A stretch of 36,224 nucleotides of DNA from Welwitschia mirabilis (GCA_051453625.1 JBOZIK010000001.1:3755225-3791448); one strand, 5' to 3'. Positions 1 through 13,865 are shown, counted from the stretch's first letter. The notes: generated by a model not told the origin, from the sequence alone. Translations and numbers: made by a program.

Positions 1-1943
1 CCATTTTTATTTTGTTTTTCTTTAGCTATTTTGTTAGATTTTTCAAAGTTATTTTCCATACTTTTTTAGCATCATATTATGGATCTAATTCTTTTCTCAT
101 TTCTTGTTGATGTATTTTTCTAATTTATATAGGGAATTGATTATTTCTAGGTTCCTATAACCTAATGAGTTCTAGTTTTTGTTTTTCCATGAGTTTAGGC
201 ATATTTGTCAAGTCTGTGAGCATTGTTTCTTTCTACTTAGTGCTTTTCCTCTCTTTTAACATTTTCCTCCATGCATCCCTCTTTACTGTGGGAATGTTGT
301 TTAGGTTATTTATTTACTTTCTACCTTCGTTTTGTTTTTCTTCTATTTTCTATGTGNNNNNNNNNNNNNNNNNNNNNNNNNNNNNNNNNNNNNNNNNNNN
401 NNNNNNNNNNNNNNNNNNNNNNNNNNNNNNNNNNNNNNNNNNNNNNNNNNNNNNNNTCTCTTTTAACATTTTCCTCCATGCATCCCTCTTTACTGTGGGA
501 ATGTGGTTTAGGTTATTTATTTACTTTCTACCTTCGTTTTGTTTTTCTTCTATTTTCTATGTGTTTGCCTATTTTCTAAATTTTTTTTAACTTCTTGTTT
601 TTGTCCAAACAACCTATTTGATCACCATCATCTCATGTCTGTTGTCTCCATGACATACGAGATGATACTCATCCTTTATCTTTGGTGCAAGTTGGGATGT
701 CTTGCTTCTTCTGGTTGGGGAGGTGNNNNNNNNNNNNNNNNNNNNNNNNNNNNNNNNNNNNNNNNNNNNNNNNNNNNNNNNNNNNNNNNNNNNNNNNNNN
801 NNNNNNNNNNNNNNNNNNNNNNNNNNNNNNNNNNNNNNNNNNNNNNNNNNNNNNNNNNNNNNNNNNNNNNNNNNNNNNNNNNNNNNNNNNNNNNNNNNNN
901 NNNNNNNNNNNNNNNNNNNNNNNNNNNNNNNNNNNNNNNNNNNNNNNNNNNNNNNNNNNNNNNNNNNNNNNNNNNNNNNNNNNNNNNNNNNNNNNNNNNN
1001 NNNNNNNNNNNNNNNNNNNNNNNNNNNNNNNNNNNNNNNNNNNNNNNNNNNNNNNNNNNNNNNNNNNNNNNNNNNNNNNNNNNNNNNNNNNNNNNNNNNN
1101 NNNNNNNNNNNNNNNNNNNNNNNNNNNNNNNNNNNNNNNNNNNNNNNNNNNNNNNNNNNNNNNNNNNNNNNNNNNNNNNNNNNNNNNNNNNNNNNNNNNN
1201 NNNNNNNNNNNNNNNNNNNNNNNNNNNNNNNNNNNNNNNNNNNNNNNNNNNNNNNNNNNNNNNNNNNNNNNNNNNNNNNNNNNNNNNNNNNNNNNNNNNN
1301 NNNNNNNNNNNNNNNNNNNNNNNNNNNNNNNNNNNNNNNNNNNNNNNNNNNNNNNNNNNNNNNNNNNNNNNNNNNNNNNNNNNNNNNNNNNNNNNNNNNN
1401 NNNNNNNNNNNNNNNNNNNNNNNNNNNNNNNNNNNNNNNNNNNNNNNNNNNNNNNNNNNNNNNNNNNNNNNNNNNNNNNNNNNNNNNNNNNNNNNNNNNN
1501 NNNNNNNNNNNNNNNNNNNNNNNNNNNNNNNNNNNNNNNNNNNNNNNNNNNNNNNNNNNNNNNNNNNNNNNNNNNNNNNNNNNNNNNNNNNNNNNNNNNN
1601 NNNNNNNNNNNNNNNNNNNNNNNNNNNNNNNNNNNNNNNNNNNNNNNNNNNNNNNNNNNNNNNNNNNNNNNNNNNNNNNNNNNNNNNNNNNNNNNNNNNN
1701 NNNNNNNNAGCTATTAAAGTTACATTTTTATGATTTTTGTATGTGTATGACATTCATTTATTCTATAGTAACATGCTTAAGTAAGAGGCTTATAGATATT
1801 TTCAGCATTTGTATCGGTTAATTTATTTGTGATATCTATTCTTACATGATTTAATTGAACTCAATTTACATCCTTTTAGTACTATTTTATTGTAGTCAAA
1901 TTGGCTCACAATATAGTTAATTGCTCACTTAAGTAAGAGCCTA
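1..1943 (+). mobile_element. Athila-like Ty3/gypsy 3' non-coding internal region (family X), largely gapped
   Basis: 620-725 aligns by eye to the reverse complement of 27975-28080 (e.g. 'catctcatgtctgttgtctccatgac...gggatgtcttgcttcttctggttggggagg' vs 'catcccatgtatgttatttggatgac...gggatgtattgattcttctttggggagg'). It lies directly before an LTR of the same family as the one next to that copy. Confidence 0.55.
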
Positions 1944-3135
1944 TATTGCAATGCCAATTTGTAGAAATTTGATAGTCTATTTTGAGTGCTTTTGTAGAAC
2001 ATTTACATAGGTTTTGATGTAATACTAATGGTTATAGAGATCTGATAGGATGATCAATGAAACATTAATTCTTAGCATATTTGGAGGTCTCTTAGGATTA
2101 TTCTGACATTTCATACTTGGAATAATAATTCATCATGAAAAAGACTAATTTATCTTTAAGATTGGAGTTAAGAAATCCTCTCATCCCCTCTGTTGTACCC
2201 ATGATAGGCAAGATGATAGCACTACTAACATGGACTAAAGCTGTAGGGTTGATAGTAAGCATGAAGCTAATGAAGTACCTTTTGATGTAGGGTGACATCC
2301 CCTATGTCATTCCCAAGACAGTCAGGATGATAATTATTTTTCTATTTCCAAAAAGAATTATTTTTATTCTGGGGTCAAGAAACCCATTTGGGCTATTAGG
2401 ATTTCTTTTCCAACTTCTAGGGTTGAGTTTTTAGAACCTCAATATAAAACTATAAATACCCTTTCCCTCCTTCATTTATATTTCCATATTTTATACTCAA
2501 TATGCTTGTGACAAAAGATTGAAGAACAAGAGGTTTATCTAGTAGCTACAGAAAGAAGTTCCCTTAGTGTTAGGCTAAGTCTCTTTAATTGAGGTATTGC
2601 CATTTTGTTATAAGTAGATGTAATATTCATTGAATCAATACAAATACCCTTTTACTCAAATTTTTTTTATGTTCCTTATGGTTTAATTTGGTTATAGTCT
2701 AAGTGATAATTCTGTATTTTATTTAGATCATAAGGAAAACCTTTATCAAGGTTGACTTTGACTAGTTTAGATTTGCATTGTTATTTAATTTTCATTCTAC
2801 ATTGCATTCCATATTATGTTTGGTATATCTCATAGTTAATATTGATTAAGAACAAGTTAAGTACTCTTCTTAATTAATCTAAATTATAAAAAAGCTAGTT
2901 CTTGTGATAGAAGGATTAGAAACCAATAGAATTAATTCTACTTCCATTTGCATTTCATCTCCATTCATTTTGCATTGCATTTACTTTATTATTTTCTTTT
3001 AGTTATTAAAAAATAAAAAACTAAAAATATCTTTGGGAATCAATTCTCTAACTCTAAGCCTAGTGCCTTCATTGGGATCATGACATTTAGATGAACTCTT
3101 GTCTATACTAGCATGTGTGTTTATGCAAATTATTT
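1944..3135 (+). repeat. LTR, family X (Athila-like), copy 1
   Basis: Starts 'tattgcaatgccaatt' (copy 2: 'tgatgcaatgccaatt'). Start, TATA-box region (TATAAATA ~2451) and end all match the reverse complement of 26010-27268. 3' boundary is approximate. Confidence 0.7.
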
Positions 3136-5331
3136 GATTACAGGTTTATCTAGGAGCTTCAGGATTGCATTAATTAACACCACAATAACTATACTTAGAG
3201 AGTTATATATAAAAGGATAACCATTAAGAAACTTCAATAAAGATAGCATCAAATTAGAACCCTTATTGCTTGAGGAATCACATGACGAGGAATTCACTAG
3301 TAATCTTAATGAGAAGAAGAACATTAGTAAAAATCTTATACTGAATCCATTCTATTAGAATTCCTCTTAGAACTTCATAATCTAATCATTTCATCTTGAT
3401 CTTTATGTACTAAGTAAAATCTAATCCTTAATAAACAAGACAAAACTTCTAAAAAATTAGTATCAACCTTTAAAGACCTTAATTCTTCTAATGAATACTT
3501 ACCTTATTAAGTACTTTCTAAATTGTTGTTTTCTTCTCCCCAAAATGATGTATTGTAAGATTCATTAATTAAATATAAAAAGCTAAAAGAAGGACTAATG
3601 CTAATCTTAAATGCATAAAAAAAATTTTCCTATGTTATTATTCTTTTGAATTTCATAAACTCTTACATAAAAATTTTCTTGAATTCTCTCCTACTTTAAA
3701 ATACTTTGCAAAGTTTTAAATCTTTCAACCTTTATTTCCACACTCTTAAGCCTTCATGCACATATCATCTTAATAAATTATTAGTTTTATTAGATTTTTC
3801 TTTTAGAATATATTTTTTTTAAGGCTAGATTTCTTTTGGAAAAAATAAAAACTTTAAAAACATGTGTGCTTGATGGTCTCTATCATCTAAAACCTCACAA
3901 CCACTACCATTTGTACAATCATCACCTTCAAATATTTCACTTAGAAAATCCCAAAGTACTTTCTCTTAATTTCCTCTATTTATCCCTTCCATTTTCTAGT
4001 GACCCCACTAAGTCAATAAACCATCTGCCTTGATCATCAATTTATTAATTTTATAGACTTATAGCCCCAGGATGATGTTCTTAAATAAAAATACATAATA
4101 AGCAATATTGTTATCCTCTAATTAATGGTTTTGATTAAGTTTACTTAAGGGTTTTTAATAAAGATATACACTTATTTTAAGTGTGATTAATAAAAGCACA
4201 TTCACTTAAGATTTTTTATTTTAGTAAAACTTGGTTAAAAAGTTGGGACTTGCCTTCATATATGTTCCTTAAGTTTAAAACTTTTGATAGGAATAAGATT
4301 TTTCTTAATTAGAATAATGAGTTAATAAGCCCTCTAATGTGCATAAAAAAAAGAATATGAAAAGATGAATAAAATAAAATAATATATCTCTTTTTTAAGC
4401 ACATATAACATTAGCCACTTAATTGGGTTTAGTTAACTACATTAGGGATATGAACACTTACAAGACTTATAGCTGTAACGATTTACTTTATTACATGTTT
4501 AGCTACATCGGGACCATAGACACTTGTTGGCAACATAACATTGACTCCTTCATATATTAACATGATAATTCTATTGGAAGAAGATGTCATAATGCTAGAT
4601 GCTCAATGTGATTCAAATGCTTAAACTAAGGACATATGTGCTAGTAGAAATAAAAATGAAAGCAAAGAAAAAGATGGGAATCAGAGGCTTTATGCAACCT
4701 ATTATTTTTTAACCTTCATACATAGGATTTATTGTGATTTCTTAAATTTGTATAGGTTACTTGATTAAAACTATGCTTATTTGATATGAAGATCCATTAA
4801 AAATGTGAAAATATAATAAAGACCATTAGGTTAGGTAGGTTTTCTTATTTATTCATCAATTTATGGTTAAGTCCATTATCACAATTTCATTTTCCATCTA
4901 CATCATCCATTCCACTTCATCCTTATTTCATAAAAAAATAAAACTTAAGGCATAAATCACTTTCACTTAGAATTTTTATTTCACATTAGTTAGTTTTTTC
5001 TTTCATACATTAGTTCATCGATTTACATTGCTTTCAAGAAAAGGACTTGTCAAAATATTTCTAAGGCTATATTCTCAAGTGCTTTTAATACTTTTCATCA
5101 TATAACTTTGAGGATAAAGCTTAGTTTTGGTTAGGAATGATGGAATTTAGTTTTTACATCATTTTTTAGTAAATATTTTTATTTTGATGCCTTAATTATA
5201 GAAAATTGATCATAAAATTTTTCAAAGCCATATAATTTTCACACTTAATTGCTTCGACTTAGATAATTTTCTTGTGTTTAACCATGTTATTCTTTTTGTT
5301 AAGGCACTAATAAAAGTTTGGGTAGGAAGTG
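3136..5331 (+). mobile_element. Decayed internal region of an Athila-like element (family Y), ending in a PPT
   Basis: Ends 'ttgttaaggcactaataaaagtttgggtaggaag|tg', resembling the Athila pre-LTR/PPT signature. 5060-5331 matches the reverse complement of ~25160-25430. No recognisable pol motifs. Confidence 0.55.
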
Positions 5332-6695
5332 TGTTAACATGTAAAAATTAACATTCTAATTAATTTAAATGACCAAATTATTTTAATGAAAGACATTAAT
5401 ATAATTTATTTTATCATAAAAACATGTCTTATATTTATTTCTATACTAATTTTGAACTTATTATTTTTCTATGATATTTTTATTTTAATTATCACATTTT
5501 GAGGACTTTGCAATAGATTATGATTATTCAATCTAAACTATTGATGCCACCATCTAGGACTATTGATGTTGTCAGTAATTCTAAGTAGTTCATCTTGAGT
5601 CTTACATTCCTAAAATTTATGAAAATAAATTCTAATGTAGTTATGTACTTGATTAAACTTTAGCTTAGAAAAACATTACACCTTTGATAACACATGGTGG
5701 TTTTGATGATGACATATAATAGTAACATGTGGCATTGTTAAGTAGGATGATGGTGGAGATACATGGCAATGACAATATTCATCATCAACAATAGCATCTA
5801 AGAGTTAAGTGTTGGCTACATCATAAGAATATATATCTACTAAATAAATGAAAAAATATCCTATCTAATGTCATAATTATGTAACTGATCACCTAATGCT
5901 GTAAGTCAAAGGCTTGTAACTACCATCCACCCTCATCCTTCTTTATAAAAGGAACTTAAGTCCTTTATTAAAATCATCATTTATTTAGGAAAAGTATAGA
6001 GTCTTTGAAGCATTAATCATGATGGTGTTCTAAGTACCTCTTTAGGGAGTGAGATTACTTTAGAGGATAGTTTGAGAAGTCTTTTTTTCTTATTTCATCT
6101 TTGATATAATATGTCTATTTTTTATTTAATTCTAAAGAGTGATTTTTTTATTATTAGTTTCAATTCATTTTGTACTGGGAATGCTTAAGTAACATACACT
6201 ATTAAGTTTTTCTTTGATTAACTAAGTAAATTCATTAAGATAATTGATCTAAGTATTAGTAATTTCATAGATCTCATGCACTTTAAAGTTCATACTTTTC
6301 ATTTTTTTTGCTAGACTATGAAGGATTAGTAACTTTAGAATTCATTAACTCTCAAATGGTAAATGAGATTATGTCACCATGACTTAAGCCTTTATAATTG
6401 AGGGTCTAAATTTTATTTTAGGATAGTACAGCATATTATCGAGTGAGAAATCATAGAAGGACAAATTAGGTAAACACTTAAATCGTACTTACTTCTCACA
6501 TTTTTAGACAAAGTTTTAAAACCACATTTTCAACCTCTTTTATTTTCCTTTTGATTTCTTTAATTTGTAACTTATAAGTTTAGCAAGAGTTTTTGTGATT
6601 TCTATTTAGCTAACCCCAATTATCCTTGTGAAAAAAAATACTAGATCCTTAGCTAGTTTTAAATCTAGTTCATATACTTAAATAAATACTCATAC
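5332..6695 (+). repeat. LTR, family Y (Athila-like), copy 1
   Basis: Begins 'tgttaacatgtaaaaattaacatt' right after the PPT. 5332-6200 matches the reverse complement of 24320-25157. Interrupted or ended at 6695 by a chromovirus LTR. Confidence 0.65.
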
Positions 6696-7106
6696 TGTAA
6701 TGTTCCTTTTTACCATTTTAAAGTCATTTCACTATAAAAAGAAACATATAAATATTATACCAGAATCAATAATAATAAGAAGGAATAATTTGGCAAAAGG
6801 TAGACTTTATTATTAGAAACAGTGAATTACATTCCTCATCATTATCTAATAGCCTTGAACTAGTGGTTATAGGTAAAGATATGGACTATGATCTTATTCC
6901 CCCTCCTGGGACCCTTAGAATTATCTAAGGTTATTGTTGATTACATCCACCCAGTCTATCCACCCCCACCTAATGCCATAGGCTTAATTAGCATAATAAA
7001 GGGCTACATCCTTTTATATTTGAGTTACACTCATTTACACTATTAACTATGTTTATTTAGCACCTTAATATACTTCTTTACAAAATAGTGAATTTGGAAT
7101 ATTACA
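6696..7106 (-). repeat. Complete 411-bp 3' LTR of a chromovirus (Tekay/Del-like)
   Basis: Terminal inverted repeats TGTAATGTTCC (6696) ... GGAATATTACA (7106) match at 10/11. On the minus strand it is preceded by 'ctcgaggatgagaatgattcttaaggggaagggaa|TGTAATA', the typical chromovirus PPT context. Confidence 0.75.
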
Positions 7107-8300
7107 TTCCCTTCCCCTTAAGAATCATTCTCATCCTCGAGCAGGGTTTCTTTTCATCTTATGCAGTTCATAAAAGCATGTCCATCTAAACTATTTTTGT
7201 ATTATCTACAAAACATAAGGGAAGGAAAACATTTTATATTAATAAATACACTATAATATAAGGAAGTAACCTATCATGTCTTATCAAAATATTTGGGAAA
7301 GGTCTCTTGCATATACTCCCTACTTTTCCAAGTTGGTTAATTGTAATGGGTTTATTGGATGAGTACTTCCTTTACATTTTTATTTCTTAATTACTTTGTA
7401 TGGATATTTAAGACCTTTTTAAGATGGATTTATCTACTTAGAAGTTGTGGTACTCATTTCATCAAGTATCTTATCCTTAAAGATAGTGTTTTATCTTTTA
7501 GTATGTACCTTCAGTTGATTTAATTTCCAAAGTATGAAGGACCCTTCTGAGTTCGAGTGGTAAGGTGCTAATAAGACTATTAATTGGATTCTTTTCAAAG
7601 GAATTATTTTGGTATTTCATTAGTTATTGAAATTTATATCAATGTTCATCCAGTGGATGCTTTCTTAAGTGAAGGCATTGGAACTCCACCATTTAATCTT
7701 CAATGAAATATTTTGGGATGAACTTCCTTTTGAATTCTTCTATGAAATTATCCCATGTTATTACTTAAGGATGTTTTATCATTATTCTAATGAAACATTC
7801 TAAAGGTCAAAGTAGTTTTCCATTTGATGGATCCATGAAATGGCTTTTTTTCTTGTTCCCATTTTTCCTTCATATGTTTTAAGGCATATCATCTTAGCAA
7901 TTTTCTCTTCTTTCTATTATTCTATGTTGTAATTACTTGCTCCATTATATATAAAGGCTTGAAGGTTTGCCTTTATGTTAAATAGTCTCATTTGAATGTT
8001 CTAAAGGTTGACTACATCTAATGAAGTATTATGGCCTGAGGTGAATGGTTGTTCTTGGGATGATCTAGGATTCTATTTGGTAGGTCTTTCTTTCAAGTGA
8101 GAGAGCAGGTTATTGATCCTACTAGCAAGGAATTTATTTTGTAAATGAATATGATCTAGCTGGATCTCTATTTCATTCATTCATTCATTTACTTTGTGTT
8201 TTATGATGTAGCAGTTGATTTGACATCCTCTTAAACTCATTCACCTCTTATTTTTCACTTCTCTTTTGAGAATAATTCACCCTTTTTATAGTGGGCATTA
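7107..8300 (-). mobile_element. Internally deleted chromovirus body: gag remnant joined to integrase C-terminus and chromodomain
   Basis: Minus-strand translation gives gag-like MPTIKR (~8298) and ITWDNFIEEFKRKFIPKY...VEFQCL (7680-7760), then LPLELRRV..QLK (7505-7565), then chromodomain-like LRNKNVKEVLIQ*...PTWKSREYMQETFPKYF (7285-7390). Confidence 0.75.
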
Positions 8301-8539
8301 TTTCCTTCTATAGTTTTTTTATAATAGTTAGGTATCTATAACTAAAATATGGTTAGAAAAATAGTTAGGAAAGAAGTTTAGCAATTATCATAACATCCCT
8401 TGATGACGTGGATTTCATTAGTGGTAACTATCAAAGAGATGTATTACTAGGTACTCTAAGAGTAATGTCAGATGGTATGCAAGTGTTAAGATTAAACTGT
8501 GATGTTGGATATCTAATTGTAATGTCAAACATCACACAT

Positions 8540-10075
8540 ACCTTAGCTTATAATTCCATTTGTTAAATAATGATGTCAAAGTGCTTGTGAAAGCTTCATT
8601 ATGTTTTAAGCCACTATTGTCATTTACACTCTTGCATTGTCCAAATATGATTTTTCCCTTGGATGAAGTTTTTCATTAATATTCTTACCATCAATAAGTT
8701 CCTATCTAACATTATGCAACTCATATGTTAGTTTGTTAATCTTAGCTTTAAGAGCTGATTTTTCAATTGACAACCTATTACAAGAGTATTTTTCTTATTC
8801 ATATACTAATTTATGTTTATGAAATAATTTTTCATCTCGAAATAAATGTTTTACAACTTAATAAATTCTTCAAAAATTAGTTCATATGCTTTTCAAAGTT
8901 CCATATCTGTTTCATCATTACTTTTTGAATCTTATTCAATTTATCCCTCTTCATTGTTACTAGGGATATGGATAATGGCTATATAAGATGGATGCACTCT
9001 TTCATTATTTGAGGTGTTTATTTTTGAAGCAGCTTCATTTTCATCCCAACCTGTGAAAAATGACTTGCATTTCTTAGGTTCTTTCTTTTATCCTACTTTT
9101 TGGAATCAGTCAGAGCTAGGACATTCTAAGGCTATATGCTCTTATCTTCTATACACCCAAAATTCTAATCTAGATATATCATTCTTAGAAGAAAAAGAAG
9201 AACTAAAAAATACTTATATGTAGAATTTCTTTTGGCTTAAAATCCTAATTACTTTTTTGAATCCTTATTCCTTTTATTCCTTCATGAAAGAAGCCTCTTG
9301 ATAGGCTTTTTGATTAATGTAAGTTCTTCATCCAAGTCTTTTGTTGAGTCNNNNNNNNCTAGTGCTTCTTTTACCTTCCATTTATATACTTGTCTTGATC
9401 TTTTACTTGTCTAAAGTGTAATAGGATTTTCTTTTATGGTATATTCTTGGATTAGATTCATCTCATAGGCTATCAAAGTAATTTGTAATTCTTTAATTTT
9501 CATAGTGTTGAAATTTATTAGTTCTTCCATTGCTATTGTTTTCTACCTATATTTTAAAGTTAAGTATTTGAAAACTTTTTAAATCACTTTAAAATTAGGA
9601 ATATCTCCACAAATCTCATGAATGACATTCATAATGTTATTAACCCTTCTAAAGTATTCATGCACTATTATTGTTTATCTTTTCATTTTCAAACTTATTT
9701 ATTCAAACTAAGAGCTTTGATTGCTTAACAACTAATATTCCTTTATATGTTTTCTTGAAAACATTTCATATCTCTTTTGAAATTTTTAATTTAGTTATTT
9801 GATTAAGTTCTTCCATAGTGAGAGTTGACTAGTGAGCATATTTTTTCTTTGAATCATATATGAAGGCTATCTTATCTTTGTTTTTATAATCCCTTCTAGG
9901 CTTGATCTAAGTGAGTGTATTCCTTAAATTATTTATGATGGTCTTTATAGGGTTAATATATTTGTTTTTTATTAACCTAAAATTCAAAATACTATAAGTA
10001 CACCTACATCCTCATTTTCTAATAGGCATAGTTTATTCCATTGAAGAGTGAAGGTATGATGTATGGCATTTATTT
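8540..10075 (-). pseudogene. gag: Sirevirus-like (Ty1/copia) gag pseudogene
   Basis: PSLFNGINYAY*KMRM (10010-10055; consensus PPLFDGTNYAYWKxRM), zinc-knuckle remnant HIALECPS (~9115-9140) and DNSGL (cf. DKxGLGY, ~8610). Many stops; truncated before pol. Confidence 0.75.
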
Positions 10076-10110
10076 TATAGTTTACTTATTACTCCCTTAT
10101 ATGAGTACCT

Positions 10111-10122
10111 ACTTTAATACTA
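10111..10122 (-). other. Degenerate primer-binding site (tRNA-iMet type)
   Basis: 'actttaatacta' on + differs from GCTCTGATACCA only by C>T/G>A changes. It lies between gag and the LTR end. Confidence 0.6.
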
Positions 10123-10123
10123 C

Positions 10124-11520
10124 TAAGTATTATTAAACTTAGAGGGAAGAGGTGAATGAGTTTGATCAAATAAAATTTTAATGAATCAAATAAACTTCAT
10201 AATGAAGACCTTATCCATTTATGTGATATCCCAACTTGGGTACATCCACACATAGAGGTTAGGTTTTCTTCACATCTTTGGATATTATTATCCTAAAAAA
10301 TACTAGTTTTATAAGATTCTCTTCTCAAGATAGCACTCTCTTTTTCTCAGTGATTATAAGAAATCTATATCTAATAGTATTCTTGGGTACTTAATCAATC
10401 TCAAATAGCATAACTATATAAGGGTTATCTTACACCTTGGAATTTCCAAGATAGGCATCCTAGAAAGGAGATATATAAAAATAATTTATACTAGAAATTA
10501 AGAGATCAAATACTTAGATAGTCCTATAATGAACTACCCAAGTTATAATGAAAGAACAAATAAGCTTGAGATGATGTTACAATTCTAGTTACTTAAGGTC
10601 TTCTTAATGTACTCACCCATAATGATCTAGTATTATAGTTGTAGTTGTGGATGGGCTAAAGATCATAAGATGCCTTTAATGATAGATTCCTTTCATCAAG
10701 TCTAATATATTTTATCTTGTATAGATCTAATCAATCATTTAAGTAATCATTCCATCTTCATTCTTTATGTCTTTTATACTTATGAAATATTCTTAACCTT
10801 TACTCTAATGAGATACAATTTAAAATACTTTAACATAGGCAACAAATATAAATTACTAGTTGTAGTTTTTCAATTGCTAATTTTATTTACATTAATTTTT
10901 TGAATAGATGTCTGCCTTATGGTAGATGTCTTCCAAATGGAGACATCTTTAGTATTAAAGATGTCTTCGATCAACTTGTCTAGATAAAATGAGCTTTAAA
11001 CTACTCTTTTTTTTATCCTTGAGAATAAATAATTAATCATGTAAAACTTTCCTAGATTCTTAAAAAATAATTAATTCATCCTTATTATTCTTTTTTCACA
11101 AACTATTTTCTATCACCTATTTTAGTTTAGCATAGACATCTTTATAATAGTAAATGTCTTTCATTAGTTCATTTAGTATAACTATCTTTACCAAAATAGA
11201 TGTCTTTATTCTATGTAAGCTTTAGGTTTAGTCTAAACACCTTCATTCTATAGATGTCTTTATCATATATGTCTTCAATTATATAGACATCTACAATAAA
11301 CTTTTTCCAATCTTTATGAATTCTGAATTGAATCTTCTATGATCTTGAGCTCTATGTGTATAATCTATTAATTACTTTAGTCCTTGAATTAGCTAGTTAG
11401 TAATCATTGTTTGCAATCTAAGCACTCTAGAAATCTTATAAATATATTCAATACCCTGTATACACATTATTCACATTGTATTTGACAAGTGGAATCATCA
11501 AAACTAGGATTTTGCCAACA
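10124..11520 (-). repeat. Sirevirus-like 5' LTR (~1.4 kb), copy A
   Basis: Minus strand starts TGTTGGCAAAATCCTAGTTTTGATGA, a Sirevirus-type LTR start. Near its end 'tagagggaagaggtgaat' resembles the CTAGAGGGGGGGTGAAT U5 motif. Contains repeated AGATGTCT/AGACATCT motifs and is colinear with 21245-22105. Confidence 0.8.
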
Positions 11521-13865
11521 ACTAAAGATTTAAGTTTCTTGGAATTATTACTTATTAAATGGATATAAACAACTATTAGTTTATAATAAAATTATCAAAA
11601 TCTCATTGCATGTGGGATATTTTGAGATTTTGTATTGGTTTTTGCATGTTGTGCTTCCTATCTTAAATCTTAGATGTTTCCGAGTTGATTATTTTAGTTT
11701 GAAAACTTAGATAGATTAATGGTAAATTATTTCTAGTTTTCAAGAGATTATTAAATTCTCACTAAGAGTTCTCTTATCTTAGATGTAATTAATAACATAA
11801 AAAAGTCTTTGATTCCAATTTCAATAGATCATAAGAATTAAAAATATTGTTAAAATGAAAAAAATAAACCACATCATTCAAAATCAAAATAGAAGAATGC
11901 ATAACATGGAAAAAATGATAATCATGATAGATTTTTGTTTAACTAGGCAATAGATTTAAAGAAAAAAGATAAAACTATGTTATGAAATCTAGGGACTTTC
12001 TATGAACCTTCTCTTATGATTCTTGCTTTTATTTATCATTCCTCTACATTTGTTAATTTTTTCAAAATCATCGATGTTGGGGTTATCAATTGTCATTTCA
12101 AATCCCTAATTTTTCTTCTTTAACCTTATGTTACCTTTTCGTATGTATGTTTTCCACTCTTATAAATAGAAACCCTATTCTACTTGGAAAACTTAGTTAT
12201 GTTTAGGTTTACTTTATTTTTAAAGGCTTATTTCATTTATCAAAGAATACATTTAGTCTTTTATGTATTTCTAATTTGAATAAGTGAATTTTAGCATTGT
12301 TTTAAATTTAAATGTTAATGAGGTCTTTAAAGAAGAAAAAATTAAATGATTATGTGCAAGGAGGAATTGGTAATGTATTAATTAAGATCCTAGCAAGGAA
12401 TTATAGGATAATTTCATTCCAAGGTATGGAGAGTAGCATTTCATATGTGTTTATAACCTACTACTATCCCATGCAGCAAAGGCAATTAATGGAATGTGAT
12501 AAAAGTTCTTGGAAGAAAATACATGAAAATATAGGGAATATTTTTCATTTATTTTACTTAAAATTTTAATAATTTTTTAAATTAATATATTTATTTTTAA
12601 TTTAATTATATAGTTATACATAATATAAAACTATTATCTAATAAAATAATAATATAAATATAAACATATATATAATTATTTCTTATGTTATATAATAAGT
12701 TATTTATAATAATAATGTTGTTTAAGGGGTGTCGAACACCAAATTTTCTTTCTTTCTTTCTTTCTTTTTTTGTTTCTTTTCCCTCCTATTAGAAGAATTA
12801 ATTTTACAACATCATAAGGCAGAAGGTAGTTAATAACTCAAAATGTACAAAAACAAGTTGTTAAACTATATAAACATAGAAGAAAAGTCACTATGAAAGG
12901 ATTAAAAACTAAAGTTAAAAAAATTATAACAACTATAATTTGAAGGAAATTAAGGCATTAGTAATTACATTAAAGAGTCCATTTGCAATTTCTCCTTCAC
13001 ATCATGGACATGAATATTAAAAGATACTAATCAAAAAAATACTACATTTTTCCTACAAATCCAAGAAAAAGGAAATGAAAACAATTGGCATTCTAAAGTG
13101 TAAAACACATCTTCTCTTCCATATGAAATAAATAATATATATTCTAATATCATTCCCCAGAAAAAAAAAAGGTTAAGCTTAGTCTAAATTCTAGTTAATT
13201 CCTAAAAATATGATGTCAAAATTCATGGAAACATAAGGAAGAATAAGAGAACTAAAATTTCATGCATTTCTAGTAAATAGACAATAAAATATGCAAAAAA
13301 TCATCCCCTTGATTACAAACTTGACAATTTGGATATAATAATTCTCAATTTTATAGGTAATTACCAATAGGAAGACCTTGAAAAATTTAGTACCAAAGAA
13401 CATTCTCAATCTTAGAAATATCTAGAAGATTTTAAATTTTCTTAAAGTAGAAATTTAAAAATTGAATCTATGTTGCATGTATCATTAGGATTACAAATAG
13501 CTCCTACTTAGTAGGATTCAATAGAAAGATGTAGGCTTTGCTTGAGGAATATGGAAGAAAAGGCATGTAATATACCTAATATAAATCCTCTATATGCAAA
13601 AGGTAATTATCTAAGATATAAAAGAATGAAGAAAGAATTCTTGAAGTTGAATGAAACCTTGTTGAAGGCTAAAAGAATTTCCTTATGTATATTGAAAATT
13701 CAAAAAGTTGATCTAGTCTTTTCATATCCATAAATTTTATAAAGAATTCAATCCTTTTAGTAATCCATCTTGTAGCTAGCTTGGAATTTATAATTACTAA
13801 AGAAGAAGAAATAAGAGATAACAATGAAGAAAGAATATATTAAAAAAAATTATATGAGTTTTTAG

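Noticed and set aside
250..563. 107-bp near-perfect direct repeat (250-356 and 457-563)
   Set aside because: It flanks an exactly 100-N gap with one mismatch, typical of unmerged contig or haplotype overlap.
165..1821. Long ORFs in the track here and at 32228-32588 and 33473-34196
   Set aside because: They are open only because they run through Ns.
10900..11295. Regularly spaced short palindromic repeats resembling a CRISPR-like array
   Set aside because: Only 8-bp motifs with ~10-bp spacing inside a eukaryotic LTR, and no cas genes.
11521..12744. Possible small solo LTR or promoter (TATAAATAG at ~12161) and an 85-aa ORF (12312-12569)
   Set aside because: No convincing termini, TSD or protein motif; left unassigned.
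13250..13750. Possible hAT transposase remnant
   Set aside because: No hAT dimerisation motifs. Minus-strand translation fits the C-terminus of the old LINE better.
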